From positions 187,004-251,003 of the forward strand of contig JBBTSC010000001.1 of NCBI GenBank assembly GCA_038064875.1: a DNA stretch of 64,000 nucleotides. The letters run 5' to 3'. The stretch comes from Patescibacteria group bacterium (lineage in GTDB: Bacteria > Patescibacteriota > Saccharimonadia > Saccharimonadales > 2-12-FULL-41-12). Below the pieces are notes generated by a model. The model worked only from the letters and a program-made list of their open reading frames with translations. It did no database searches and was not told the origin of the DNA. Shown piece after piece: positions 17,326 to 26,665 of the stretch (positions within the stretch are counted from its first letter, which is position 1; each line of letters starts with the position of its first letter). Both the position numbers and the translations under genes were made by a program.

Positions 17326-17489
17326 TAACCCTGTTACCAAATAAGCCCTGCGAGGTCAAACGTGATGATTTTAGTTCAAAACTGGCAAATTGAGACAAAT
17401 CATACTAACGTTATGATGCGGAGCAGTTTGGTGGGCTTTGGACAAAAAGGGCGCGTTTGGAGCCGTAGGATTATTTGGTAATAGGGTTA
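17326..17489. repeat. 164-bp palindromic intergenic element, copy 1 (19-bp terminal inverted repeats)
   Basis: TAACCCTGTTACCAAATAA (17326-17344) pairs with TTATTTGGTAATAGGGTTA (17471-17489): 18 Watson-Crick pairs plus 1 G-T. The whole unit aligns to the reverse complement of 27438-27603. Confidence 0.7.
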
Positions 17490-18848
17490 TTGTTGATCGA
17501 AAGGAGTTGTGTGTTTTGAATCGAGGCTTCGGAATCTTTGCTTTGTGATATCAAAGTAGAGTTCTATATTGCCAGTAGGGCCATTTCGATGCTTCTTTAT
17601 CAAGATATCAGTTATGTGTTTTCGGTCTGTATCTGGCTTGTAGAACTCTTCTCGATATATAAAGGCTACGACATCAGCATCTTGTTCAATTGATCCTGAT
17701 TCACGAAGGTCAGCAAGTTGAGGGATCTGCGGTGAACGGTTTTCAACCATACGACTCAGCTGGCTTAGTGCGATGACTGGTACATTGAGCTCCCTGGCAA
17801 TACCTTTTAGCCCACGAGAAATCTCAGTGATCTCCTGAACCCTGTTTGACGGATTATTGGCAAACTTACTGCTACCGCTCATCAGCTGAAGGTAGTCAAC
17901 GATTATCAGACCAATCGGTTGATTATGCATCTCACGCCTTGCTTTGGTGCGCATTTCACTTACCGAAATACTCGGGGTATCATCTATCAAAATTGGCTCT
18001 TCGCTCAAAGTTCCCATAGCATGACCAATTTTTTCAAAATCTTGGTCACTCATATTTCCTGTTCGAATATTCCATGCATCAACACCAGCTTCAGCTGCCA
18101 AGAGACGGTCAACAAGTTGTTCTTTGCTCATTTCCAGACTAAATATGAGTACTGGTTCTTTGGTTTTTTTAGCTACATTATGGGCTAAATTAAGTGACAA
18201 GGCGGTCTTTCCCATACTCGGCCGGGCAGCAATGATGATCAAATCACTTTTTTGGAACCCTGCTAAAACGCCGTCTAAGTCTTTGAAGCCTGTTGTAAGG
18301 CCACGTACACCGCCTTTGTCTTTGTGGAGCTCATCAAGTCGCTCAAAACTGTCGTTCAGGATCTGTTCCAGAGAAATAATGCTGTTTTTAACGTGCTTAT
18401 CGCTGACATTGAAGAGCTTGGTTTCTGCAGATTCAATAAGATCTCCAATATTTGTCTGTTCATTGAATCCATAGTCAGTGATCTCTTTACTGGTACTTAT
18501 GAGCTTACGTCGCATTGATTTGTCATTGACTATTTCTGCGTATTTAACAACGTGGGCTGCAGTAGGAACAAAATTTGTTAGCTCGTTTATATATTCTGAT
18601 CCGCCGATACTGTCAAGTAACCCTTCTGATCTTAAGACGTCACTAAGAGTCAAGACATCTATAACACCGCGATTTTCATAGATTTTTCGAATACATCGGT
18701 AAATATGTGCATGTTTTGCGTCAAAAAAGTCAGATTCATCAATAATATCGGCTACTTTGATAATAGCATCTGTATCGATGAGGATTGCACCTAGTAGGCT
18801 GGCTTCAGCTTCCAGGTTCTGGGGTAATGACTTCTTTGAATCGTCCAT
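17487..18848 (-). CDS. dnaB: replicative DNA helicase DnaB
   Basis: Walker A ARPSMGKT, plus the IVDYLQLM and SGSIEQDAD motifs. Confidence 0.95.
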   Translation of the reverse strand: MDDSKKSLPQNLEAEASLLGAILIDTDAIIKVADIIDESDFFDAKHAHIYRCIRKIYENRGVIDVLTLSDVLRSEGLLDSIGGSEYINELTNFVPTAAHVVKYAEIVNDKSMRRKLISTSKEITDYGFNEQTNIGDLIESAETKLFNVSDKHVKNSIISLEQILNDSFERLDELHKDKGGVRGLTTGFKDLDGVLAGFQKSDLIIIAARPSMGKTALSLNLAHNVAKKTKEPVLIFSLEMSKEQLVDRLLAAEAGVDAWNIRTGNMSDQDFEKIGHAMGTLSEEPILIDDTPSISVSEMRTKARREMHNQPIGLIIVDYLQLMSGSSKFANNPSNRVQEITEISRGLKGIARELNVPVIALSQLSRMVENRSPQIPQLADLRESGSIEQDADVVAFIYREEFYKPDTDRKHITDILIKKHRNGPTGNIELYFDITKQRFRSLDSKHTTPFDQQ

Positions 18849-18855
18849 GGTACAA

Positions 18856-20268
18856 CTATTCTAGCACTTCTGCTTCACCGAAGATATTGCTAATGTTTTG
18901 AATATTTTTTTCGTCTGCCTGCCCTCCCACTACGCTGAAGCTCACTCGGACAGGGCTTCCTAAATGAGTTGATAGATACTGCTCTACAAGTTTTTTATTT
19001 CTATCATCGCTCATTCGTTTTGCGTGAAATGGAAATTTGAATTCTACTACAAGGTTATTATCTAAAAAGCTGGATATTTTCCCCATGCGAGTGATAGCAT
19101 AGATGGTATTTTGCTCGTCCTTCAGCGTATTTAACGTTTTATCCCAAGCATCGTCTATGGAGTTACCTAAGCTCTTTTTGGTGGAAGGTTTTGGTTCGGG
19201 TTCTTCAACCTCTATAATCTCTTTTATCTTTGGTGGTTCAGTTGTTTTGGTAGTCTTCACAGGTTCTACATTTGTTTGTGCTACTACCGGTTGATGAATA
19301 TTGGGAGCTGATTCGACAATGGCATTTAAAAGGCTAATTGAGAGTTTTTGTTTGGGCTGGGCTGAAACCTGTACGTCTAAAAGTTCGTCAAGTAATTTCA
19401 CTATTTTATCTTTTTGCAAAGATGAATCACCAGAAGATATACAGCCTCTAAAGTGCTCGGAAAGTCTGCCGGCGAGTAATGCATAATTTATGCCGTTATA
19501 CTCAAGCTGGTCAATAATACTAAAAATATTCTTTGTATCTCCTAATTCAACTGAGGCAATAAGATCGCTAACAATTGATTCTTTAGCCAATCCTAGGTTG
19601 TCTTCGACATCTTCTCGCGTAACTTTTTTGCTAAATGAACGGAAATTTTCAAGAAGTGTTATGCCGTCTCTAAAACTTCCGTCACTGTGGTCAGAGATAA
19701 CTGCAACTGCATCCTTATCGATGTCAATCTTTTCTTTTTTAGCAATTGACTCAAGATGTTTTGCGATAGCTTCTGCAGATATTGGTTTAAAATGAAAACG
19801 GATGCAACGACTAATGATTGTTGGGGGTAATTTATGGAATTCAGTTGTAGCGAGAATGAAAATAACATGCTCAGGTGGCTCTTCTAGCGTCTTTAGTAAT
19901 GCGTTAAAAGCCTCTCTAGTCAACATATGCACCTCGTCAACAATATAGACTTTATACTTTAAAGAGGTAGGAACGATATTTACTTGTTCTCTAATCTCTC
20001 TAATTTCGTCAATTTTCCTATTCGAGGCAGCATCGATCTCTATGATGTCTACTTGTTTTTCCATATCTTTGAAGCCAATATCATTAACTTGGCAGGCTAG
20101 CAAACGTGCAACTGATGTCTTACCTACTCCACGAGGCCCTGTTAGTAGGAATGCATGCGGTATGTTCGCCTGAAAAACCATATTTTTTATAGTATTCACT
20201 ATATGGTCTTGACCAATAACTTCATCTAAATTAGATGATCTGTACTTTCTATATAACGCTAATCCCAT
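18856..20268 (-). CDS. dnaX: DNA polymerase III subunit gamma/tau
   Basis: GPRGVGKTS, KVYIVDEVHML, FNALLKTLEEPP, SRC motif. Confidence 0.95.
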   Translation of the reverse strand: MGLALYRKYRSSNLDEVIGQDHIVNTIKNMVFQANIPHAFLLTGPRGVGKTSVARLLACQVNDIGFKDMEKQVDIIEIDAASNRKIDEIREIREQVNIVPTSLKYKVYIVDEVHMLTREAFNALLKTLEEPPEHVIFILATTEFHKLPPTIISRCIRFHFKPISAEAIAKHLESIAKKEKIDIDKDAVAVISDHSDGSFRDGITLLENFRSFSKKVTREDVEDNLGLAKESIVSDLIASVELGDTKNIFSIIDQLEYNGINYALLAGRLSEHFRGCISSGDSSLQKDKIVKLLDELLDVQVSAQPKQKLSISLLNAIVESAPNIHQPVVAQTNVEPVKTTKTTEPPKIKEIIEVEEPEPKPSTKKSLGNSIDDAWDKTLNTLKDEQNTIYAITRMGKISSFLDNNLVVEFKFPFHAKRMSDDRNKKLVEQYLSTHLGSPVRVSFSVVGGQADEKNIQNISNIFGEAEVLE

Positions 20269-20337
20269 AGGTAGTAGTTATTATACTCCTCTATACCTTC
20301 TCAGGATATGGTAATTTAAACAAACTTTAGACTTAGC

Positions 20338-20844
20338 TTATAAAGCAGCTTCGAGTGCTGCCCATTCGGCGCTGTCGTCTTCAGGAATATTGATACTTAC
20401 TTGGTCGCCTTGTTTTGCTTTGAAATAGGTTACGCTGGCGAGCAGTACTCTGTATTTTTTGTCACCTACATGGACAAAGTAGTTGCCATCAGCAAGTTCT
20501 AATGCCCCAACGACTTGCTTCCGCGGTATTGGGCCAATCTGTTTGTAAGTAAATCCACCGTCATCGGCAATTGATAATTTCAATATATCACCTTGCACCA
20601 ACTTTGATTTGCTAGCATAGTTAGCTGGAACTGGATAGTTTTTACCGTCAGAGCCAACCATATTTTGCCCATCAAAGACGCCTTCAATAACTTTTCCAAT
20701 ATTCTCTTCTGCGTCAACAGGCTTGGTGACTTCTTCGTCACCTAGAATACTGTGCATCAGCTCTTTTGCTGCTGCTAGACTTGTCTCAGCCTCTGCTATC
20801 AATGAGCGGAGCCGTTTGACCTGCTTATCTGATATATCTGTCAT
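20338..20844 (-). CDS. hypothetical protein
   Basis: 168-aa ORF with an N-terminal coiled-coil-like helix. No motif recognised. Confidence 0.55.
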   Translation of the reverse strand: MTDISDKQVKRLRSLIAEAETSLAAAKELMHSILGDEEVTKPVDAEENIGKVIEGVFDGQNMVGSDGKNYPVPANYASKSKLVQGDILKLSIADDGGFTYKQIGPIPRKQVVGALELADGNYFVHVGDKKYRVLLASVTYFKAKQGDQVSINIPEDDSAEWAALEAAL

Positions 20845-20943
20845 CCTCTATTTTCCTCGCATTTGTGTTTTAGACAGTAATTATTCTCAGAGTATCACTA
20901 ATGTTAGAATATGTCAATATATGGACCTTGGGTTGTGGATAAC

Positions 20944-21717
20944 CTATTTTTTATTTGTTACGACTTTATACCCAACGCCATTAACAGTCTCGATGAAATC
21001 TTCTATGCCTGCTTCTTCTAGCTTTTTGCGAATCTTTCTAACAAATACGTCCACTGATCTATTGTCAGGTTCTGCAAAGTGTATATCCCAAATATTAGCA
21101 AGGAACTCATTTCTTGTACAAGCTCTATTTTGATTATTCGCAAGGTAGATAAGGACTTCGACTTCTTTCTTTGTGAAATCTAAAGGTTTACCCTCTGGGC
21201 CGGATACTTCCCAAGCAGTTTCATTGATTTTTATATTACCAACTTTATGAATTACATCTTCTTTTGGGGTAGTATCTTTTTCTGCATGCTGAGTATTTAG
21301 CCATAAGCCAAAACCATGCGCAATTGTATTAATGTCTTCCACTTCTTTAAGCATTTCTGGTAGGCATATACCCTTGTCGCTACTTGGTGTGACGAGTAGC
21401 GGTACTACAAAATGACCAACAAAGTAATGTGACTCTGATATGTAAAGCTCCAAATTCTTTTCTACATTTGCTGGATGTGTATCATCCTTTTCAGGTTCAA
21501 GATCATCAGGTAGCCACAGTACACTGCCACCGTTTGTGGCGACATTTCTAAGAGAGCTAATCGCGCCTGTAGTCAGGCATAACTTGCCTGATTCGGTTAT
21601 CAGTGTGTCCGTAGAAAGCTCTGCGACTTCTCCTGAAGCAAAGGAACTCAGTCTCAATACTTCATTTCGACGTTCAGCAGAATCAATATCCGTGATTGGA
21701 TTAGCGTAATCAACCAT
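20944..21717 (-). CDS. OmpR/PhoB-type winged-helix DNA-binding protein without a receiver domain
   Basis: C-terminus LDFTKKEVEVLIYLANNQNRACTRNEFLANIWD...SVDVFVRKIRKKLE...VNGVGYKV. The N-terminal ~150 aa is unassignable. Confidence 0.7.
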   Translation of the reverse strand: MVDYANPITDIDSAERRNEVLRLSSFASGEVAELSTDTLITESGKLCLTTGAISSLRNVATNGGSVLWLPDDLEPEKDDTHPANVEKNLELYISESHYFVGHFVVPLLVTPSSDKGICLPEMLKEVEDINTIAHGFGLWLNTQHAEKDTTPKEDVIHKVGNIKINETAWEVSGPEGKPLDFTKKEVEVLIYLANNQNRACTRNEFLANIWDIHFAEPDNRSVDVFVRKIRKKLEEAGIEDFIETVNGVGYKVVTNKK

Positions 21718-21754
21718 AATATTACATATTATAGCATATTATTTACACAAATAC

Positions 21755-21786
21755 AAAAGCGCAACATGGTTACATTGCGCTTTTTT
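21755..21786 (-). terminator. rho-independent terminator after rplL
   Basis: GCGCAA (21759-21764) / TTGCGC (21775-21780), flanked by A- and T-runs. Confidence 0.65.
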
Positions 21787-21806
21787 GTATTGTAAGCCGA
21801 TAGACT

Positions 21807-22184
21807 TTAAGCAAGTTCTACTGTACAGCCAGCTTCTTCAAGAAGTTTCTTGGCGTTATCAGCGTCTTCTTTCTTTGCTTTTTCAAGCACAGTTTTTGGA
21901 GCACCATCGACTATCGCTTTAGCTTCACCTAGTCCAAGACCAGTGATTTCTTTAACAGCCTTAATAGCTGCTACTTTTTGTGCACCAGCGTCCTTAAGAA
22001 CTACGTCAAATTCGCTTTTTGCATCTTCAGTTGGAGCGTCTCCACCAGCAACAGGGCCAGCAACAGCTACAGCTGCAGCTGCAGGCTCAATGCCGTATTC
22101 GTCCTTTAAGATAGTACCAAGTTCATTAACTTCTAGAACTGATAGGTTTACTAATTGTTCTGCTAATTTTTTTAAATCTGCCAT
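21807..22184 (-). CDS. rplL: 50S ribosomal protein L7/L12
   Basis: [22 protein letters not shown]...[22 protein letters not shown]. Start moved to ATG 22184; the ORF-track start at 22229 would overlap rplJ. Confidence 0.95.
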   Translation of the reverse strand: MADLKKLAEQLVNLSVLEVNELGTILKDEYGIEPAAAAVAVAGPVAGGDAPTEDAKSEFDVVLKDAGAQKVAAIKAVKEITGLGLGEAKAIVDGAPKTVLEKAKKEDADNAKKLLEEAGCTVELA

Positions 22185-22203
22185 TATATATCCTTTCTTA
22201 TTA

Positions 22204-22725
22204 TTACTTTGCTTTAGCTTCGAGGCCACTCAGAATTCCACCTAAAGACCCGGATAGACTGCTCATAGCATTGTTCATTGGTGAATTTAGGGTATTTAGA
22301 ATTCCTGCAAGAAGTTCGTTCTTGCTTGGTAGGCTGGCTAAAGCTTTAACTTCATCCGCACTCATAAGTTTTCCGTCCTCAGAAATAGCACCGACAAACT
22401 CAAGAGTCTTCTGCTTTTTAGCATAGTCGGCGATAACTTTAGCTGGAGCAACTTCATCGGCAGGGTTAAATGCATAGAGTAACATACCTGTTAGATCATC
22501 AACATTAATGTCTTTGAACTTCTTGCTATCTTTAATAGCTTTGATCACTAGACGATTTTTGATGACTTTTAGGCTTGTTTGGTTCTCTTTGCCGTTTCGT
22601 CGTAGCTCTTGCATAGCTTTAACGGGTGTTCCCTCGTATTTAGCTATAACTGTTAGCTTTGACTCATCGAGAAGCTTTGATACTTCATCGATAACTTGCT
22701 TTTTCTTATCTTTGGTTAATGCCAT
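22204..22725 (-). CDS. rplJ: 50S ribosomal protein L10
   Basis: [36 protein letters not shown]. Lies upstream of rplL. Confidence 0.95.
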   Translation of the reverse strand: MALTKDKKKQVIDEVSKLLDESKLTVIAKYEGTPVKAMQELRRNGKENQTSLKVIKNRLVIKAIKDSKKFKDINVDDLTGMLLYAFNPADEVAPAKVIADYAKKQKTLEFVGAISEDGKLMSADEVKALASLPSKNELLAGILNTLNSPMNNAMSSLSGSLGGILSGLEAKAK

Positions 22726-22793
22726 AGATTATTTTGCCTTTTTTAGTTATTTTGATTGACTTGATCGACCTGTTCTAGCCAATTAGTTGCTAC

Positions 22794-22820
22794 AAAAAAA
22801 CTCTTCAAAAGTTGAAGAGT
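22794..22820 (-). terminator. intrinsic terminator inside the rplJ leader (attenuator candidate)
   Basis: ACTCTTCA (22800-22807) / TGAAGAGT (22813-22820), followed on the minus strand by T7 (plus-strand A-run 22794-22800). It lies 68 nt upstream of the rplJ ATG. Confidence 0.65.
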
Positions 22821-22902
22821 CTAAAAGTGCTTAAATGATTAACACCTAGGTAGCATTCTTAAATCGTTTCCAATCGCTACTGTCTCTGGCAACTATGACT
22901 GT

Positions 22903-22931
22903 ATTATACCAAAAAGCATGGTTGTTTTCAA
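22903..22931 (-). promoter_or_regulatory. near-consensus promoter of the rplJL leader (TTGAAA-17-TGG-TATAAT)
   Basis: Minus strand: TTGAAA at 22931-22926, a 17-nt spacer containing TGG, TATAAT at 22908-22903. Confidence 0.6.
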
Positions 22932-22933
22932 GA

Positions 22934-23494
22934 TTAGTTGTCGTCGGGAATTATCTCAATAATTTTCCTATCTGCAGGCTTGATACCACCCCACATGAGT
23001 ATATGTTTTTTCTCTTTCTCCATTTTCATTTTATAAAATGGCTTTTGATGAAACTTACGTCTTATAGCAAAAGCAGAGACAGCTAACAAAGAGGCTACTG
23101 CAAATCCTACCCCACTCCCAAAAGCAACATCAGCGATAGTGTCAAAAGTAGCTTTCTTTGGTGTAGCTCCATCAAGATACCCTGCTTTGCACACTGCTAC
23201 GACGCCATGAGCTTCCGGAGTATCATCTACACAGGCTTCAAATCCTTCATACGCTAACCCTATTACAAAACAACTGGCGGTGGCTAGCCCGGCAGAAACA
23301 GCAGGTAGCTTCCTCTTAAATGTATCTGCGTAAAGCGCGATACCAGCACCTATTACTGCATTAGGTACTACATGTTTGCCTATATCAAGTTCAACGTTTC
23401 CTTGAGCATCCTTAGGGTTCACCGCATCAATATCAGGTGCATGTTTAAATAAATCTGTTAGCTGATTTGCAAACTGTACAGCCTCATACTTCAT
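22934..23494 (-). CDS. hypothetical membrane protein
   Basis: 186 aa with 3-4 hydrophobic helices (AVIGAGIALYA, AGLATASCFVIGLAY, GSGVGFAVASLLAVSAFAI). No known motif. Confidence 0.55.
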   Translation of the reverse strand: MKYEAVQFANQLTDLFKHAPDIDAVNPKDAQGNVELDIGKHVVPNAVIGAGIALYADTFKRKLPAVSAGLATASCFVIGLAYEGFEACVDDTPEAHGVVAVCKAGYLDGATPKKATFDTIADVAFGSGVGFAVASLLAVSAFAIRRKFHQKPFYKMKMEKEKKHILMWGGIKPADRKIIEIIPDDN

Positions 23495-23498
23495 TTGT

Positions 23499-24299
23499 TT
23501 ACGAATTAGCCTTGATGTCAGCTACTTCGGTAAGGGTGCAGTAAAGAGCTAGAGCGTCTCTAAATCTAATATTTGTCCTGATTATCTCGTTTGACATACT
23601 ATCATCAGATAAAAGATCAGAGGTAGTTTCCGACCAGTCAATGCAAAGTGCAGGTAATGATAAAGGAATTCTCTTAGCCTCACGGATAGCAAAGCCCATG
23701 GCACGATCTACATCCCCGCTGTAAAGAATATTGCAGAGAGTCTCATAGCAATCACTAATTTGGGGGTTTTCTTGGTCGTTTATAGTTAATTCTCTAGCAA
23801 ATGTGGTGTACCCAAAATCTTCCCTGTCTGGACTGTTCAGTAGCTGTATCGGAGGAATTATTTTCTGCTCATACAATAGATCTAGAGCCACACTGAACCT
23901 ACCATTTGCTAGATGCATTCTGAGATAGTCTTCAGTTTGTTGCTCGGTGGCAAGCAAACCATCTAGCATGGAAGCTATAGCTTTGAAGATATCTGATTCT
24001 TCGTCAGCTTGTTCAATGACTTCTCCTAGATAGTAGCTATACTCGCTCAAGTAAACATCTGGCTTTTCGTATATATCGTATGCTAAGTTGCTCTCAGCTA
24101 TTTCAAGTTCACCTTTTGCCAGCCAGTAGATTAATTCAATTTTTCGGTCAGGCTGGAGTTTGGCTTGGTTGGGACTAGAAGCACTGTCTGATGAAGCAAG
24201 TTCATATAACTCAGAGGAACTTAAGGCCATTGATCCAGAATATTTTTGCACACTTCCATCAAATCCTCCTTGTGGAGGCTGACTGTTTACGTCTCTCAT
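23499..24299 (-). CDS. hypothetical acidic protein
   Basis: 266-aa ORF with no recognisable motif, 4 nt upstream of the membrane ORF. Confidence 0.55.
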   Translation of the reverse strand: MRDVNSQPPQGGFDGSVQKYSGSMALSSSELYELASSDSASSPNQAKLQPDRKIELIYWLAKGELEIAESNLAYDIYEKPDVYLSEYSYYLGEVIEQADEESDIFKAIASMLDGLLATEQQTEDYLRMHLANGRFSVALDLLYEQKIIPPIQLLNSPDREDFGYTTFARELTINDQENPQISDCYETLCNILYSGDVDRAMGFAIREAKRIPLSLPALCIDWSETTSDLLSDDSMSNEIIRTNIRFRDALALYCTLTEVADIKANS

Positions 24300-24322
24300 C
24301 CAATTATTTTATAACATTTAAG

Positions 24323-26647
24323 TTATTTATCAAGTTGTTTAAGCTTCCACTGGGTGTATCTCTCAGCAGCTAGACGAGTTAGCTCTGGGTCTTCGTCTTC
24401 ATTGACAAATATCATAGATTTAGCAATCAGAGGGTGAACCTCAGCAATTTTGTCGTATATCTCTTTACATAGCTTGCGATAGCCTGGATGCCCCTGTGGA
24501 GTAGTCCTAAGTTCTACAAAGTGGAATGCCTGACGCGCGTTAAAGGTTAGCTTCCAGCGCATTTTATGGCCAAGTAGTGTCGCATATTGCGCTTCTTTCT
24601 CATATCCCTCTACTTGCAAGTAGCTATATAGCTTGAGGCTGAGGTCAAAACATTTTTCAAACTTGTCACTAAGCCCAGCTTCATCTACAAGTTTTGGTAC
24701 GTCATAACCAAAACGAGGATTTAAATCTTGCCAGGCCAAATCATCAACCATTCTATGACGTTGTAAATCTCGGAATATGCCGTAATCACAGACAATATCC
24801 CAACTATAATGTGCTGTCTCTAGAGCTCTACCAGGTTTATGTCGTCTGTTGAGTCTCTTGCCTACGTAGGCATCAAATATCCTTTTCTTATCATCATAGG
24901 AGAGTTTGTCTACTCTTTTTTTGATCTCTCTAAGTGATAGTCCACTGTACTCATACAGCATTGTGCTGACTAGGTCTAGTTCGTTCTTTGGCCAAAATCC
25001 GACTAATTCTACTGGATTTGAATCTTTGGAATGTGTGGTTTGTAGCAATTCATCAGCTATCTCTTTGACACCTTGGGCCGTTTCTTGACGATAAGCCACA
25101 AAAGCTCCACCTCTATCTGGCCGATCAGCTCTCTCTAAGAACGCTGGAACCGTCTTTCTACCCTCTTCTAAGATCATTTGACCTACGTCTTGTGCTTCTT
25201 TGGTCTCATCGCTCATGAGATGAAGGATAAGGCTCTCAAGCGCCTGTCCTGAGGCAAATATACCCACAGTAGACTTAGTAGATACAGGTAGTACATCACG
25301 AATAGCATCACAAGCTTGCGCTCTAGTGGCACCTTTCCAGGCAATATCTTGTTCTTTTTCAGGAACTTTTGAATTCTTTCGTACATAATCCGTTAATTGA
25401 TGTGCCATTTCCGAATATATGTCAAAAATCTGATCATTGATTTTTTCGTAGTACTCTTTTGTCTTTTTGTTGAAGTTTTTGGGTGTAAAGTATTTATATT
25501 TACCGTTTTTATCTTTTTGGTCAAAGTAGATGTATCGAGTAGATTGCTCTAGATATGAGGCAAGTCGTCCCCACTCAAGCTTTTTGGTTAGCAAATTACT
25601 AGCATCTTCAACCACTATATGTTGACCGACGAGTTGTTGTACAGAGTCGTCACCATAAGCTGTAATCACTCTCTTTAAAAGAGCTTCATCTTTGCCCTGG
25701 GCTGATGCGAATTCGTCGAGTATAGTTATCCTCATGTCGTCCCCCCGACGGCTGAGTCGAGCCATAGCTGCTGCAATAGTTATAGGCGATAATTTGTCAT
25801 AAAATCCATAGACCTGACCGGTAGGATTGGTGACTGTCTCTTCCAAGAACTGCTTGCCAGTATCGGTTACAATGACACCCTTATCTGTCTTCTCAACGTA
25901 CATATTTTTGGGTTTCGTAGAGTCGTTTTTTGATTTATTTGATGGTAGTAGTGGCATGACCTTCTCCCATATCAGCTTATGAACCTTTTCTTTGGTTATG
26001 ACCTTACCACCACGGACACAATCTATCATTTTAAAATCTTTTGGAAATAGTTTACACATGTCGTCATACACTTCAACTGATCTTTGTAAGTGACTGAGAT
26101 CTGCCTCATGAATGTCTCTTTTTTTATCTGTATAGTTTCTGTCTTCTTTATTATCCACTAATTTCTGAGCAATCTCAGGAGTTACCTTAAGTACGATAGA
26201 CAGATCAGGGCGAGGGATGCCAAGCATTGTATGTTCCAAGCTGTCCAACCAAACAAAATATCCTCTTCGCTCCTCACGACTGTCAAATTTAGTTCCTTGA
26301 TGTGCCATATTTGACCCAACAAATCTATTTGCAATCACAACCTTACCATCTGCAAGCGCTTGCTTTATGCGCTCACTTGCATCAAATCTATCAAGAGCGT
26401 AGAAAAGAGACGCTGTATACGGACCTACTTGATCGGCAGAACCGTAAGCTCCATTTAAATACTGTTTAGCGAAATAGCTTGACTCACTCTCGTACTGAGG
26501 GAAGTCAAACAACTCATAAGAATAGCCTTCTTCAGAAAGCTGGTCTTTTAGCAGTTGGAGCTGTGTTCCCTTACCGGAGCCATCAATTCCTTCAATTACA
26601 ACAAAGATTCCTTTATTTTTCATTACAATAGCCCTCCCACCTGCCAT
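24323..26647 (-). CDS. fusion protein: thymidylate kinase (N-terminal) plus long ThyX-like FAD-dependent thymidylate synthase (C-terminal)
   Basis: N-terminal FVVIEGIDGSGKGTQ...DRF...RFVGSNMAHQ is Tmk. The C-terminal ~540 aa includes DYGIFRDLQRHRM and FNARQAFHFVELRTTPQGHPGYR, which are ThyX hallmarks. One uninterrupted 774-codon frame. Confidence 0.8.
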   Translation of the reverse strand: MAGGRAIVMKNKGIFVVIEGIDGSGKGTQLQLLKDQLSEEGYSYELFDFPQYESESSYFAKQYLNGAYGSADQVGPYTASLFYALDRFDASERIKQALADGKVVIANRFVGSNMAHQGTKFDSREERRGYFVWLDSLEHTMLGIPRPDLSIVLKVTPEIAQKLVDNKEDRNYTDKKRDIHEADLSHLQRSVEVYDDMCKLFPKDFKMIDCVRGGKVITKEKVHKLIWEKVMPLLPSNKSKNDSTKPKNMYVEKTDKGVIVTDTGKQFLEETVTNPTGQVYGFYDKLSPITIAAAMARLSRRGDDMRITILDEFASAQGKDEALLKRVITAYGDDSVQQLVGQHIVVEDASNLLTKKLEWGRLASYLEQSTRYIYFDQKDKNGKYKYFTPKNFNKKTKEYYEKINDQIFDIYSEMAHQLTDYVRKNSKVPEKEQDIAWKGATRAQACDAIRDVLPVSTKSTVGIFASGQALESLILHLMSDETKEAQDVGQMILEEGRKTVPAFLERADRPDRGGAFVAYRQETAQGVKEIADELLQTTHSKDSNPVELVGFWPKNELDLVSTMLYEYSGLSLREIKKRVDKLSYDDKKRIFDAYVGKRLNRRHKPGRALETAHYSWDIVCDYGIFRDLQRHRMVDDLAWQDLNPRFGYDVPKLVDEAGLSDKFEKCFDLSLKLYSYLQVEGYEKEAQYATLLGHKMRWKLTFNARQAFHFVELRTTPQGHPGYRKLCKEIYDKIAEVHPLIAKSMIFVNEDEDPELTRLAAERYTQWKLKQLDK

Positions 26648-26665
26648 TTTGGTGAGAAAACTAGA

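Noticed and set aside
17306-17398. The N-terminal 31 codons of ORF-track call 16175-17398 (MSQFASFELKSSRLTSQGLFGNRVSD...).
   Set aside because: These codons are read straight out of the palindromic repeat (17326-17489), whose sequence is explained by the repeat itself. An extended -10 box and ATG 17305 give a better start.
19615-19640. A-run (CAAAAAAG on the minus strand) inside dnaX as a possible programmed frameshift site like the E. coli tau/gamma site.
   Set aside because: In the zero frame it reads AGC-AAA-AAA-GTT, not the A-AAA-AAG register. I saw no downstream stem-loop, and it lies mid-gene, far from the domain III/IV border.
21850-22245. Long plus-strand ORFs antisense to r-protein and other minus-strand genes (for example 21850-22245, 27704-28171, 28995-29408, 53393-53813, 56193-56561, 61499-61990).
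   Set aside because: They lie entirely opposite strongly conserved genes and have low-complexity Ser/Pro/Leu-rich translations. They are typical shadow ORFs of highly biased coding regions.
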